Shown: one piece after another, positions 25,166 through 59,062 of the stretch
Position numbering within the stretch: the stretch's first letter is position 1
Layout of the letters: each line of letters starts with the position of its first letter
Assembly (NCBI GenBank): GCA_002269645.1
Contig: NIVC01001317.1
Span: forward strand, 62,001-126,000
DNA length: 64,000 nucleotides
Direction: 5' to 3'
DNA from: Macrostomum lignano
Taxonomy: Eukaryota
The notes under the pieces: generated by a model
The model's input: only the letters and a program-made list of their open reading frames with translations
Told to the model about the DNA's origin: nothing
Database searches by the model: none
Position numbers and translations under genes: made by a program

Positions 25166-25738
25166 CCTTTATACGTCGGTATCACTCAACTATCTGCCCG
25201 TCATCACGTTCTTATGTAGATTTTGAAAGAAAAAAGATCAAACAGAGGTGCCTCGTGCAATTTATATAGCCATGAGAGTGTAAATGCAGAGACAAGACAA
25301 ACACAAAAATAAAAAATGATGATCAAATCCTACTCTAGAGTTTCTACTTGCTATCAGTAGTATCTTTCAGATGCGTAGAATAGTTACATTTAAAAAGTTG
25401 AACACAGCAATTGTACAGAACAGATTTGGTGAGTTTTACACTCAGCACAAAAGGTGCGAAAGCAGAGCAGTTCAGTCGGTTCAATCCATGGAGAGCTGAA
25501 GCAGAAGTTTCGAATTTTTTAGCACTAAATTCCCTAATATCTCACATTCTGGAATTATGTTTTACGTACAAGCGCCAATACTGTACGTAGGCACGCTCGC
25601 ACAGGGTGCACTGACTTTCTAATGTTCAGGCATGCAAATCATTTGCCTGAGGTCCTGGATGTGAGACATTTTCAATTTAGTACAACAGAAGCTTAGACCA
25701 TTCTACTGTCCTTACTTTTATAGCCGCTCACGATTTGC

Positions 25739-28700
25739 TCAAGCCCAGAATTTCCAGCCCTCAGACCGGCCAGGCGGCACTGGGCTGGGAGCGCCGAACC
25801 TGGTCTCGTCCAGCATCCCTCTGCGCTGTTCGTCATCATCCATCTCGCTCTCATTGGGAACTGCAATGCCGAAGCAGAGTTGAAAAAAAGTTTACTTTTG
25901 CGTTGGCTGATGCTGGCCGTTTTTCTTGATGTCACCCTCTGTCACTCTCTATGTCACTCTCTGTCACTATGTCACTCGCTACGTCACTCTTTATGTCACT
26001 CTCTATGTCACTATGTCAATCTTTATGTCCCTCTCTGTCACTCTCTATGTCACTCGCTATTTCTCTCTCTATGTCACTCGCTATGTCACTCTCTGTCACT
26101 GTCTGTGTTACTCGCTATGTCACTCTCTTTGTCACTCTCTATGTCACTCTCTGTGTCACTCTCTATGTCACTCTCTGTGTCCTTCTTTGTCACTCTATGT
26201 CGCTCTGTGACATCTGCTGACCCTCTTATTCTTTAGGTCACTTTTACTCTCTATCACTCTTTTAAAGTCACTCTTTGCCATTCTCCGTGTCTCTATCACT
26301 CTATGTCACTCTCTATGTCACTCTCTATATCACTTTCTATCGCCCTTACTCTCTCTGTCACTCACTATCACTCTTTGCGACATTCTATGTCACTCTCATC
26401 TCTGTCTCTGAGCAACTCACCCGACGAAAATCCGTCATTAAAATATTCGCTTCTTTCGTCATCTCCACCGGCGCCGCCGAAGGTCGCGAGTTCGCGCTCT
26501 CGATAGGCCCGAACCAAAGCTGCGATCCTCGCTGGCTCTACACCGGCTTGAAGGAGGCTCTGGCGGTATCTGGCGCAAGCGTTCTGCTGCGCGATCAGCT
26601 GCGGTGGAGGAGTGAGATCGAGGCGGAGGCCGATGAGATCTCATTGAGATCGGCGTAGATACTGATGAGATCTCATTGAAATCTGGATAGATACTGAAGA
26701 GATCTCAGTCAGATCGGGATAGATACTGGTGAGATCTCATTGAGATCGGGATAGACACTGATGAGATTTAGACTCACCTTAGACTGTTCCGCAATCAGCA
26801 GGTCCCTCTCCTTCATCTTGCGATCCAGCTCTCTCAGCTTCTCCTGATATGCGCCCTCCGGATTGACGCTGGATAAAATAAGTAGCAAAAAAACGCAATA
26901 CTAGCAATTCTCAAATCACACTACTTTCAGTAAAGGAGTGAGTGCATTCAAATTTATATATAAAAGTATTTAATTATTTGTTTTATTTGCTTCACCGTTT
27001 CAACTCAGCCTGACGCTGCCGCTCCCGCTCCGCAGCCGCCTCCGTGGCGGCCGCCTCCGAAGATTCAGCTTCGTCAGCCGGGTCGGTCGGGTAGCGAAGA
27101 GAGAAATCGTACAGAGTACGATTAGCCTTGGGGTCTTGGTCGCTAGCTAGGCACTTCTTCGTGTGCTCCTGGAATAGGGTTCGACCATAGACAGTGGTAT
27201 GGCACTTAGTCATTATGGACAGTGAATTGGGTCTTGCCATAGACACTTGTGGGATAGTAGTATAGTTCTTCATGGACACTAGTGGAGTGGGGTTTGGCCA
27301 TAGACATACCGCCAGAGTGGGGTATAGCCACAGACACTGTCAGATTGGGGTTTGGCCATCTATAGGCACTGCTGGATTGGGGTTTGACCATAGACACTTA
27401 CTGGATTGGGGTTTGACCATAGACACTTACTGGATTGGGGTTTGACCATAGACACTGCTTGATTGGGGTTTGACCATAGACACTGCTGGATTAGAGTTTG
27501 GCCATCTATAGACACCGCTGGATTGGAGTTTGACCATCTATAGACACTGCTGAAATAGGGTTTGACCACAGATACTGCTGGATTGGAGTTTGACCATCTA
27601 TAGACACTGCTGAAATAGGGTTTGACCACAGATACTGCTGGATTGGAGTTTGACCATCTATAGACACTGCTGAAATAGGGTTTGACCACAGATACTGCTG
27701 GATTGGGGTTTGACCATAGATACTGCTGAAATAGGGTTTGACCACAGATACTGCTGGATTGGGGTTTGACCATAGACACTTCTGGTGTGAGGTTTAACCA
27801 TTTATAGGCATTGTTGAATTGCGGTTTGACCATAGACCAAGTAAATTTATCATTTAGATGGCGCAAAAGCCCCTCGCCCACGACTATGATGACACCAATC
27901 AAAGTATCCCCAATGGACGCTAGCGCACCTGAGCCACCTTGGCCCGCTGCTGAGTGAGCAGTCGGAACGGCTCCGGCCGCGTCACCCGGACGCCAGCTTG
28001 CCGTTCCAGCATGCCGAGCTCGAACTGTCTGTGCAGCCGATCAAAATCGGGCACGTCGCGACCTACAGCCGCCGCTGATTGGCCTCTGGTCGAGCTCGAG
28101 GCGGCGGCAGCCAGTCGGGCGTCCCGCCGAGCCTCCATGCTGCGCTGGCGCTGCGCCATGTTGCCTGGCAACGCCGCTCGGCGCAGATTGGCCTCGGATC
28201 TGGCGCGAGCCTGTTCGCGACGAAGTTCCGCCTCGGCGCGAAGCTGCCTGGATTTAAAAAAAAGCACAAACGGACGTTGGTTGGTCATCGTCGGAGATGC
28301 TAAAACACTAACTGGATGTTCCACGTGCAGTCACGACCAAAATAGCCAATTTCTTAGACAGAGTCGGCACACTCCGGCACGCGGGCTACATGCGGCCCGC
28401 GAAGCCTCTCTATCTGGCCCTCGGGGTCCTTTGAAACTTCCCAATGGCAATCCGGCCCGCTCAATGTTTTTGTCTCGTCTCAGCTCTCTTTCTCTTCTCT
28501 CCTCTCCTCTTCTCTCCTCTCTCTCTCTTCTCTTGTCTTCTTTCTCTTCTCCTCTCCTCTCTCCTCTCCCATCCTCTCTCCTCTCCTCTCTCCTCTCCTC
28601 TCTCATCCTCTCTCCTCTCCTCTCTCCTCTCCTCTCTTCTCTCTCCACTTCTCTCTTCACTCCTCTCTTCTCTCTTCTCTCCTCTCTCTCTTCTCTCGTC

Positions 28701-31645
28701 TCCTTTCTCTTCTCCTCTCCTCTCTCCTCTCTCCACTTCTCTCTTCACTCCTCTCTCCTCTCCTCTCTCCTTTCTCCTATTATCTCGTCTCCTCTATCCT
28801 TTTCTCTACTCTTCCCTCTCCACTCTCCTCTCCTCTCTTTTCCTCATCTCTTCTCTCTCCCTCCCCACTTTTCTCCTCTTACCTTATCTCTTATTTTATT
28901 TCATCTCTCATCCCATCTCTGGCCCTCCTCTCCCCTCTTATCTCTTATTTTCTATTACCTCTCCTTTCCTCTCTCACCTAGCCAGCAGCCATGAGCTGGA
29001 TACCTTCTCTGGCTTTTGAGGTAAAAACATTGGCCGAACTCTGGTCTAGGACATTTGATAAGACAAGTTTGTCTATGGTCACAAGCCAAAACTGCCAACT
29101 GGAAACAAAATCTGCTTTACTTGTCACCCTATGCTAGCATTCTACGTTTTTTTGCTACTTCAAGTAGATATTTTTTAGGATTCGCTGTGATATCTTTCTA
29201 TGAGCAAGCTTTGACAGAAGTTTTGAAACTTTCTTTACATTTTATGACTTTCACCATTTCACGATTTCGCGATCTTCATTTGTCTTCCGTCTTCCGTTAC
29301 TCACCTGGCGCGCTCAGCTGAGCAGCTCGCCGGCGCCGGTTTGGCGCAGATCACCGTCGACTCCCGGTCGCCAGAGGCGCTCCGGTGATAGCCGCGCCGC
29401 TTGTCCGCCTCGGTGGCGCGCTCTCGGCCCTGCCGCTTTCGTTCGGCCTCGCGCTTCGTGAAACTGAACGGCCGCTCTGTGGCGCGCAACAGTTCGGCGC
29501 TGTGCTCGCGCACCTGGCGCCGACGCTCCTCGCGCTGCTGTTCGAGCTCGCGCAGCAACGGCTGGTACACGTGTGCCGGTACCGGCGCTGCCCGCGGCCG
29601 CACGCGGCACTCTGCCTCCTGCGCCTCGCGCTGCCGCTGAACGTCGGCTTCAACAATGCGCATCGAGCGCGACTTGCGCAACTGCTGCTGCTGACCGGCC
29701 TCGCCATCGGCCGCCGCCTCCTCCCGCAGTGTCATGCTGAAGGGCCGAGGAATAGTCACCCGGTGTCGCCACGACGAACCGTCCTCGAAGTCGTCGAACT
29801 CGGAGTCGTCAAGCGAGACTCTGTCGTCGTCCGACGCGCCGCCGCTCTGGCTGCCTCCGCGACGGCGCCGAAATTGAGCGATGGCGCCGGAGTGGCGCCG
29901 CCGGTCGCCCGGTGCCGAAGCCGCCGATCCTGGCCGTCTGAGAGCGACGCCACCACGGTCCAAGGAGGCGGATCGGCGGGGCCGCTGACTGCGCGAGTTG
30001 TGCACGTCGAAGTCGGACCAGAGCGCCTTGACACGACTGCGCAGCTGCTCCTGCTGCTCCTGATGAGCGCGGGCCTACGAATTTTATGTAAATCGAGAAT
30101 TGTAGAATTCTGCTTACTGCTGTTAGTACGCTCGTAGGAGCTAAAGATTTTCTGTCTTGATAAAAATGACAGTTGTGAGGCCATTAACATGACCACACTC
30201 TAAAGGATAATCGGTTGTGAGACCAACATATTCTTTCCATAAATCGAACTTAAATAACGTAGCTCGTAGAAGTTTCTATGGTCAAGCCCCGCTACAGGGT
30301 ACATGCTACAACGGTGTCTATGGCAAATCATGCGCAAACCCAACTGTAGCAGTGTCAATAGAGAAACCAAAGCCAATTGTCTATGGCCAAACCCCACTCT
30401 AAGCATTGTCTATGGCCAAGCCCTACTCTAGCAGAGTCCATGGCCAAACGTTGTCGCTTCGTCTCTTCGTCCTCTTGCCAGGATTTTTTACTCAGGACTC
30501 CGTGTCTTTAGGGTTTTACAACTTTAGTGCACAATTGCCTGTAGTGACCAATGGCGCCAAACACTAGATTATAGTACATTGGCACTATACTTCCTGCCTC
30601 CTTTTGCCCAGTGGTCCATGCTCTGTCCTCAGCTACGTGTACTTTTCTTTCACCAACCTCTTCCTCGTTATTCTCAGCAGCTGGCTGGCCTCCCCGCCTC
30701 GCCGACCCTCCGTGGCCAGCTGACGGTGGCAACGGCGGCTTCTTCGAATCATCGAAGGCAACGGAGCGGCCGGCCCCGTTTTTGGCTGCCGCTCGCAGGT
30801 CCTCCGTCATCTCGACAGTGTTGCGATGCTGCGATTTCAGCAGACGCATTCGCTGCCGGAACTCTTCGTGGCTGAGGGAGTCGCCGGACTCGGAGAGCTC
30901 GCGAATCATTCGGTTGGCAACGCTTAGACGCTCGTCGAGAAGCTGCGAAGCCTATCGGCAGTGATTTTCAAAGAAATAAGTTATGATTACAATAAAAATG
31001 CATTTAAATTTTAAGCTTGATTTGTTTTAGTTTTATAAAAGATTTAGTTCAGGTTTGAAAAAATACTTAAATTTATACAATTTTATTTTATAGAAACCCA
31101 GTAATAACTTTCTTTAGAACATAACCTGAATTAATGTTCTAAAAGGTTATTTTAATCAAATTATGCAACAACAACTATAAAAGTAACAAGCAACTGATTC
31201 AATATTTACTCTATGTGTACAGATGCATGTAAAAAAACTAAATGCTATAAGATAAACAGATAAATATTTAAAAAAGGATTCTATGTTCTAATTCTAAGTC
31301 GTAAGGAGCAATTTCAAAATAAAATCGAAGTCAAAATAAATGTCAATATCAAAATAAAATAAGTATCGAAGTTAGATATTAGAAATGTTAAGTATTAAAA
31401 AAATCGAGTTAATGCATAAAAATAATAACTGATCTGTAACAAACCTTTTCCAAGTCTCCACCTGATTTTTCTAATATAGAATGAATTGCATCTTGAACCT
31501 TGTAAGGCGAAACATTTTCCCCTTCTTGTGTTTTAGACTGAGCTCCATATTTTTTCTTGTGACAACTTTGTGAAGCATTAAATGTAGCTGGGCCTTTAAT
31601 GGATGACTGAGCAATCGATGCAATTTGATGGCTCGTTAACGACAT
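25739..31645 (-). CDS. FAM161A: FAM161 family ciliary/centriolar microtubule-binding protein, 8 exons, ~720 aa
   Basis: Phase-consistent model complement(join(25739..25860,26421..26598,26778..26868,26996..27168,27929..28247,29305..30074,30643..30951,31445..31645)) = 2163 nt. Family-like motifs: N-terminal [72 protein letters not shown]. The A versus B paralog cannot be resolved. Confidence 0.85.
25929..26405 (+). repeat. Degenerate 12-bp minisatellite in the last FAM161 intron
   Basis: Unit gtcactctctat and variants. Confidence 0.9.
26632..26770 (+). repeat. ~32-bp repeat with palindromic tgagatctca core, ~4 copies (FAM161 intron)
   Basis: gagatctcattgagatcgg(c/g)atagatactgat-like units. 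Confidence 0.85.
27170..27840 (+). repeat. ~28/32-bp minisatellite with 60-bp dimer periodicity (FAM161 intron 4)
   Basis: ctgctggattggagtttgaccatctatagacactgctgaaatagggtttgaccacagata repeated. Confidence 0.9.
28470..28975 (+). repeat. CT-rich low-complexity tract (FAM161 intron 3)
   Basis: (CTCTC/CT)n read directly. Confidence 0.9.
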
Positions 31646-32890
31646 TGAATTCTATATTTTTCTAATCTAAGGGTATAAGAAACTGATATAATATCCCAGT
31701 CGGAAGTATTAAAATGCGCGCTCGTAAATTTATTGAGTCAATATTAGTGAAGAATTCTAATCTAAAAAACGTAGTTTCTACTGAAGCACACACTAATAAT
31801 AACAAAACTTCTATCTTGCTGAGGAAATACTACAGTACTCTAAGCAAATCCTACGCCGTTAATGTTTTTAAAACTGTAATTAAATACTTTTAATTAGAAC
31901 AAAAATACAACACGAAGAAATTTTATTACGTGCAATTTTTGTCTAAATGCATCACACGAAATAGTGACTTACGGTTATTATGCCAGTGGTACTAGTGTCA
32001 TGTTTTAAACAAGGACCACTGTATACATACAGTTATATATAGTAGTCCTTTGTTTTAAAGATGCCCTAAAATAAAGGTGTGCTTTTTCTAGATATATGCA
32101 TGTTTTGCCTGTCATACATGCATTGTTAAAGTTAGCTAAGTACAAACGAGGACCCACTAGAAGTTACCGTTGTATCGGGGCGCAACACTCGTAAATATTT
32201 CAAAATTATTTGTAGAAGGCCCGCTTTTTGCATTGCGGCTCAAATTTGAATTCTCATAACTCTTGATCAATAAAACTTAAAATGATATTTTTCGCCAAAG
32301 CTTGTTTGAAACATTTTTTCTCTTTATTATGACGCAAAGTTTATCCTAATTATGTATATCTATACATCCATGCACATGTAGAAACGGCAGGCGTACAGTA
32401 AGAGTATTTGGCTACATACGCAATGTTTCTGGCAGTCAGAAAATAAAAGCTGCGTACGTTATGACATAAACATTTTAAATATGTAGTGTTACATGTAACA
32501 GGTTAAAGTTTTAAAAAATATACAATACAACCAGTCGAATAGAATGCTTTTTGAGGGCAAGCATCGCTAGAATAAACATAAACAAGCGACGCGGGCCTTC
32601 AAATAATTTTGCTGTGTATTCGAGTGTCGCATCCCGATACAAATATTTCGCCAAAATGAATTCAACTAATGGACACTTGGATATATTTCTTCGTCACATC
32701 ATGTACGACAAACAGCTCCTACAAAAATTTTTATCTGCTTTGAAACCGGCAGTCTAATAAATATATACAATCCATGTTTAGATCGAAAAAACCGAAGAAT
32801 GACATCCAGCAGAAACTACACAGATTTCTTTAACTTTGTAATTAAGCTTCTTTAAATAAGACTTTTTGTAGACTATATGCACTAACCTAA

Positions 32891-33210
32891 GGGGGTTGTA
32901 GCCTAGTGGTCAGAGCGTTGGACTCACGACTTGAAGGTCGGGGGTTCGATTCCCGATCCCACTGGAACAATTTGTGTCCTCGAGCAAGACAACTAACTCT
33001 GCATTGCTTCAGTTCACCCAGCTGTAAAATGGGTGCCAGCTTTAGCTGGGGTAATTGAGGGTGTGGGTGGTGACCCCCATGCCAGTCCTTGGACTGAACA
33101 GCCGTACGTAGCCTTCAGATGCGCCGCGCAATAGCTGCGGCGGAGCTTTCGTTTGCACATCTGGCCCAATTGGGCCGGGTGTAGTCAATTATTATTATAT
33201 TATTATTAAT
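32891..33210 (+). mobile_element. tRNA-derived SINE, full length
   Basis: tRNA-like head with A box tagcctagtgg (32899-32909) and B box ggttcgattcc (32943-32953). Central gtgtcctcgagcaagacaactaactctgcattgcttcagttcacccagctgtaaaatggg resembles conserved invertebrate SINE central domains. (ATT)n tail. A second copy lies at 48537-48732. Confidence 0.85.
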
Positions 33211-34376
33211 GCTTTAGACTAAAAAAGCAATTTTTATCAACCCATGCGCCAATTCGAATTCGATAAAAGAAGGTGACGAATGAATCCTTCAATAAATTAT
33301 TCGATCGTGACAGCTGCAGTTTTATCTAAACTGCATAAATACAGTACACAGTAGTATTGGCACCATTTCATACAACGTACGTTTGTTGTTGAAACCCATA
33401 TTAGAACCTGCCCGAACACACGTTTCTATTGCCTTTTTTTACCGTAAAAAATGTTTCTTATATACCGTTTAGGCTCGAATAAATGACGAATTTTCCTGCT
33501 ACATAAGTCACATCAACATCGGATCAAAAGCAAAAAGGACTAACTAGCAGTAAACCTGTACAGCAATTAAGACATCGCCAACAAATATTTGCTTTTACAT
33601 TGCACCGATGTTTAGCCGGCGTATGACCAAGGACTACAGTGGTCTTTGCGTATAACGTCGGGAACTTCGAATTGCTGTATGATAAACCATTTCCTTAATT
33701 GCAGAAGGTTCAATAGACAAAGGAGAGCCTGATGTAGTTTTAATGACAGAAATTACATTGAGGTCTAAAAATCTGTCAGCTTGCCTTCAACACCGGATAC
33801 AAACAGAGTTGGCCGATAGTTCACGGGAGAGATGGCTACGTGCGAAGTAACGGTTATTATTAGAGTCAAATATTTTAAGTTTTTGCACGATCGTGGCTCG
33901 TAAATCAGCTACAACGAGCTACAGGTTGATGTCAGCAATACCATTTTATCAGCCGGACGAATACATGTAGATGATTATATGTTGCGAGCTAAAATGATGG
34001 GGACTCGGCTGGGCAGCAACACGAAGAATTGCAGTCATGCGACCCGAATTCGATAATCCATCGGTGCAGAAAGCTTTGCTCCTCTTCCTTCCTGAGCTTG
34101 ATATAAATGTACCTCCCTCTCTCCAGTGCTTCTCCCCTACTGCACATCATAGCCTTTAAATCGAAATCCCATTGGTTCGCATACGGACGAGACTGCTCTC
34201 TGCAACCCCTCCTCCTCACCTCGAAAGTCGTCTTCTGCAGCGCAGGTGCGACGGGGCCAGGGGATTCGGGGGATGAACGAGACAGCCGAGACGAATGCTG
34301 CACATTAAAAATCTGCAGTCGCTGTTTCTTTAGCATTTTATTTTGAGTCATTTCTGTTTGTCTCGCTGTAACTGGG

Positions 34377-55691
<21,315 letters not shown>

Positions 55692-56478
55692 CCCTGGTTG
55701 CTAGGGTGCAAGATTGGGTAGCTAAAGTGTAAATCTGAGTTTCAAAAGTGCATAACTATATAACCCTACTGTGCGTTTGTCAGCATTAGAGTTGTCTGTG
55801 AAATGCCCCGTCTCGTCCATGTTTTCCCTATCGTGGCCAATGTTTGTCGTTTATATATACTACTTCGTTATGTGCCCCTGTTAGTAGCTGTATACGCTTT
55901 TGGTCTGTATTCAATTCAAAAACGTGCTGTGAAAAATATCGTGTTATAACCAGTGAAAACGGCCACAAAAGATTATTGAAAAAAAATATAAATATATATT
56001 CTTACGTTTACAAATATATACTTATCACTGTACGTTGTAACACGTTTAAGAAATAATTTCTGCCTCTACAGATCCCCAAAGCTATTTTCTGGCTAGATAC
56101 ATCTACTCAAAACGAATTTCTAATAGTTTGAAGAAGTAATTGAAGCGAAAAACTGAAATGTTGGCATTCAAAGCGGCAGAGACTAAACTATGGATCACTT
56201 TAGCTAAAGCCTCTTTTTGAGCAGAGAAATCGAGTAGCGTTTCGCGGAAAAGAGGTGAGTCTCAGTTCACAGCAAAGGCATTGAAAACAGTTTTGAAAGA
56301 AGTAATCAAAAATATGTGCCCAACGTCTAAATTGTCGACGGACCGGCTAACTAACATAATATTTTTCCTATTTTTCAATGGATTCAAAACCTTTCAACCG
56401 TTGAAGACAAGTCAAAGCGTGCAATTCGTTCAGTGAAACACGTTTGGTTGGGCATTCGTTATACATCTCCGAAGTCCC

Positions 56479-59062
56479 TCAGGCTCGGGCTGGGCTGCCC
56501 TTCCTGGAGCCGCCGTGTCCTGGCGGCGTGTTAGACCTCGATCGGCGACCGCGACCACGACCTCTGCCGCTGCCGCCGCGACTGCCGTGACTGTCCGCGC
56601 TACCGTCGCGTTGGTGGCCGCGTCCCCGGCCCCTGCCGCCTCCGTGCGGACTATTGGACCGGGAGCGACGGCCGCTGCGCTGCTTGCGCTTCTCCGACTC
56701 CATGTTCTTCTTGGCCTGCTCGCGGACGGTTCTGCGGCCCTCCTCGTCGCTGGAAGATTCCCAATCGTCGCCCAATCGGGTCTTGACCTCCTTCAGGCAC
56801 TCGTCTAAGGCCTTCTTGGAGCCTGGCGTGTTGGTCAAGTAGGCGTTGTAGGTCTTTGTCAGATTGCGTCTGGACGACTTTTTCACCTCCTCCATGCGGT
56901 CCAGCTCGAGGTTGTGGAAGTCCTCCTTGGTTCTGGTGTAGTCGGCTTCGGTCTTCTTCGAGCCGTTGGCCATGTACTCTTCGCGGATTTGGGCTCTAAA
57001 TGTTGAAGTAAACGAAGTTGTTTAAGCAAAATAGCTAGCTTCTCAGTGTTCGGTTGGAGGATTTTTAGTGTTTCATATTTCTTCAATACTGAAATAGATA
57101 CATTATGAGCTACATTACTAGTCCTAAACACAGAGAATCCATTGCCGGAGAATGAATCTGCGACCCTAGCGCATCCTTTGCTTAGCTCTCGGCCTACGAA
57201 AATAAGCTCACGCGTTACTCGTAAAAGGTAAGCATTGAAGGCGCCTTGAATAGCTTGACTCTTCCGGACTCAGCAACAATGCCCAGTCGCGTACCGCCTG
57301 GCCCGCCCTCATCCCTGACTTCCTGCTGATTCCTTTGTGCCGATCCCATTCTCCTCTCTACCCGGGGCAACGATTTTTTGCCAGGGCCTCTCTCACCTGA
57401 TCTTTGGCAACTCCGTGAAGGGCACGGGCCCGCGCCAGTACTCCGTCGTGGTGTCGAACTCCAAGATTGGCATATGTCTGGGCGTCCTTCGAGAGCCGTC
57501 GCCGCCATCCTTCTTTTCGTCCTTGTCCTTCTTGTCGTCTTTGTCTTCTTTCTTTTCCTCTTTCTGTTCCTCTTTTTCTTCTTTCTTTTCTTCTTTCTTG
57601 TCTTCCTTCTTGTCCTCTTCGTCAGAGGATGATGATGAAGAAGAGGAGGATTTCTTGTCCTTCGATTTTCCGTCGCGTTTGCTGAAATTTTCAGACGAGA
57701 AATGAAGAACAAAATGATTTAGAGTTGATGAAGCACAAAATTTCGTGAAAAAAAACAAAGCACACAGCCAAGTATCATCAACAGCGTACTGCTTGGGCTT
57801 CTTAACACGCTTGCTTGGCTTTTTGTCCGCCATTTCGTCCCACGGATCGATGAGCGACGTGGCTGTGAACTTTGTTGCCGGGTAGTACTTGCGGCTCTTG
57901 TCCTGCGGGAGACAAAGGCTAGTGCGTTTAGGTTTAAGGGCTTCTCTGGGTCGCAGCTTAGGAAATTTTTTAAGGGTCAAATGCTTTTCTTCTTAGAACC
58001 AATGCAGGGGTGACTTTAGTTGTTGACGTTTAGAGGTTTTAAGAAGTTTAATATTACCTTTTTCATCAGGAACTCTACTGTCTGCGTGTTGGCATACGGT
58101 CCTAGGTCGTTAGATACATTAGGGCGGTGCGAACTCCTTTCGGAGCGTTCGCCGCCACCTTTGCGATGCTTGCCATCTTGCCGGTGCTTGTCATCTTTTC
58201 GATGCTTGTCGTCTTTGCCTTGTTTTCCTTTGTCCTTTTGATGCTTGTCGCCGCGTCTATTGCTCTGCTGCTGTTTCGCCTTTTCGTGCAGCTCCTTCAG
58301 GTCAACTTTAAGCTCTTTAAGCTCGGCCTTGTAGATTGTGTCTGTGGGTAATAAATGTAACGGTTTTTATTACAGACTAAGAAAAATGAAAAGATTTTGA
58401 AATCTGATCCAAGCTTGGTCTTTACGCTAGAGCGCTAGCATATACTCACTCTCTTCATCGCTGGACGAAGAGCTGGAGCTGGAGCTGCTGCTGCTGCTGC
58501 TGCGGCTTGATTTGGACCCGGATCGGGATCGCGAGCCGCCCTTCTTCTTCTTCTCATCCTTCTCATCGTCCTTTTTGTCCTTCTTCTGTCCGCCGGCGGC
58601 TCCACTTCGACCCTTTTTCTCGCCTTTCTTCTTCTTTTGGTCCTTTTCTGACTTCTTGTCCGAATCGCCGTCTCCCTTCTTCTTCTTCTTGCCGTCTCGG
58701 CTGCTGCTGTGGCTGCTGCTCCGACTGCCGTGGCTCTTCGACTTCTTCAACTGGCCCGGCGGCCCGGGTGTTTTCTTATCGGCGAAGCCGCCACCGCCAC
58801 CACCGCGACCGCGGCCTCGTCCGCGGCCCCTGCCGACGCCGCCGACCGGCTTTTCGGGCCGAGCATAGGCCAGCACAATCGGCTGCCGCTTGCTGCCGAA
58901 GCCCGACCGGGAGCTGCTCCGGCTGCTCTTGTGACTCTTCGGACTGTGGCTTCTGCTTCTGCTGCTGCTGCTTGACTTTGACTTCGACTTGGAATGCGAC
59001 TTCTTGCTGCGGTGGCTGTGACCGCCAGGGGACTTAGAGCGGCTCCGATGGCTGCCAGGCAT
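56479..59062 (-). CDS. Uncharacterised Arg/Ser- and Lys/Asp-rich low-complexity protein, 5 exons, ~603 aa
   Basis: Phase-consistent model complement(join(56479..56995,57397..57681,57790..57902,58058..58341,58450..59062)) = 1812 nt, uniting three ORF-track ORFs. One apparently folded segment: IREEYMANGSKKTEADYTRTKEDFHNLELDRMEEVKKSSRRNLTKTYNAYLTNTPGSKKALDECLKEV. Confidence 0.8.

Noticed and set aside
30435-30512. Possible extra FAM161 exon ([18 protein letters not shown])
   Set aside because: Its phases do not fit the flanking phase-0 junctions; exon 2 splices in frame directly to exon 3.
32891-32962. Possible tRNA gene
   Set aside because: The tRNA-like head continues into a SINE body and (ATT)n tail, and a second diverged copy exists; no clean acceptor stem or terminator.
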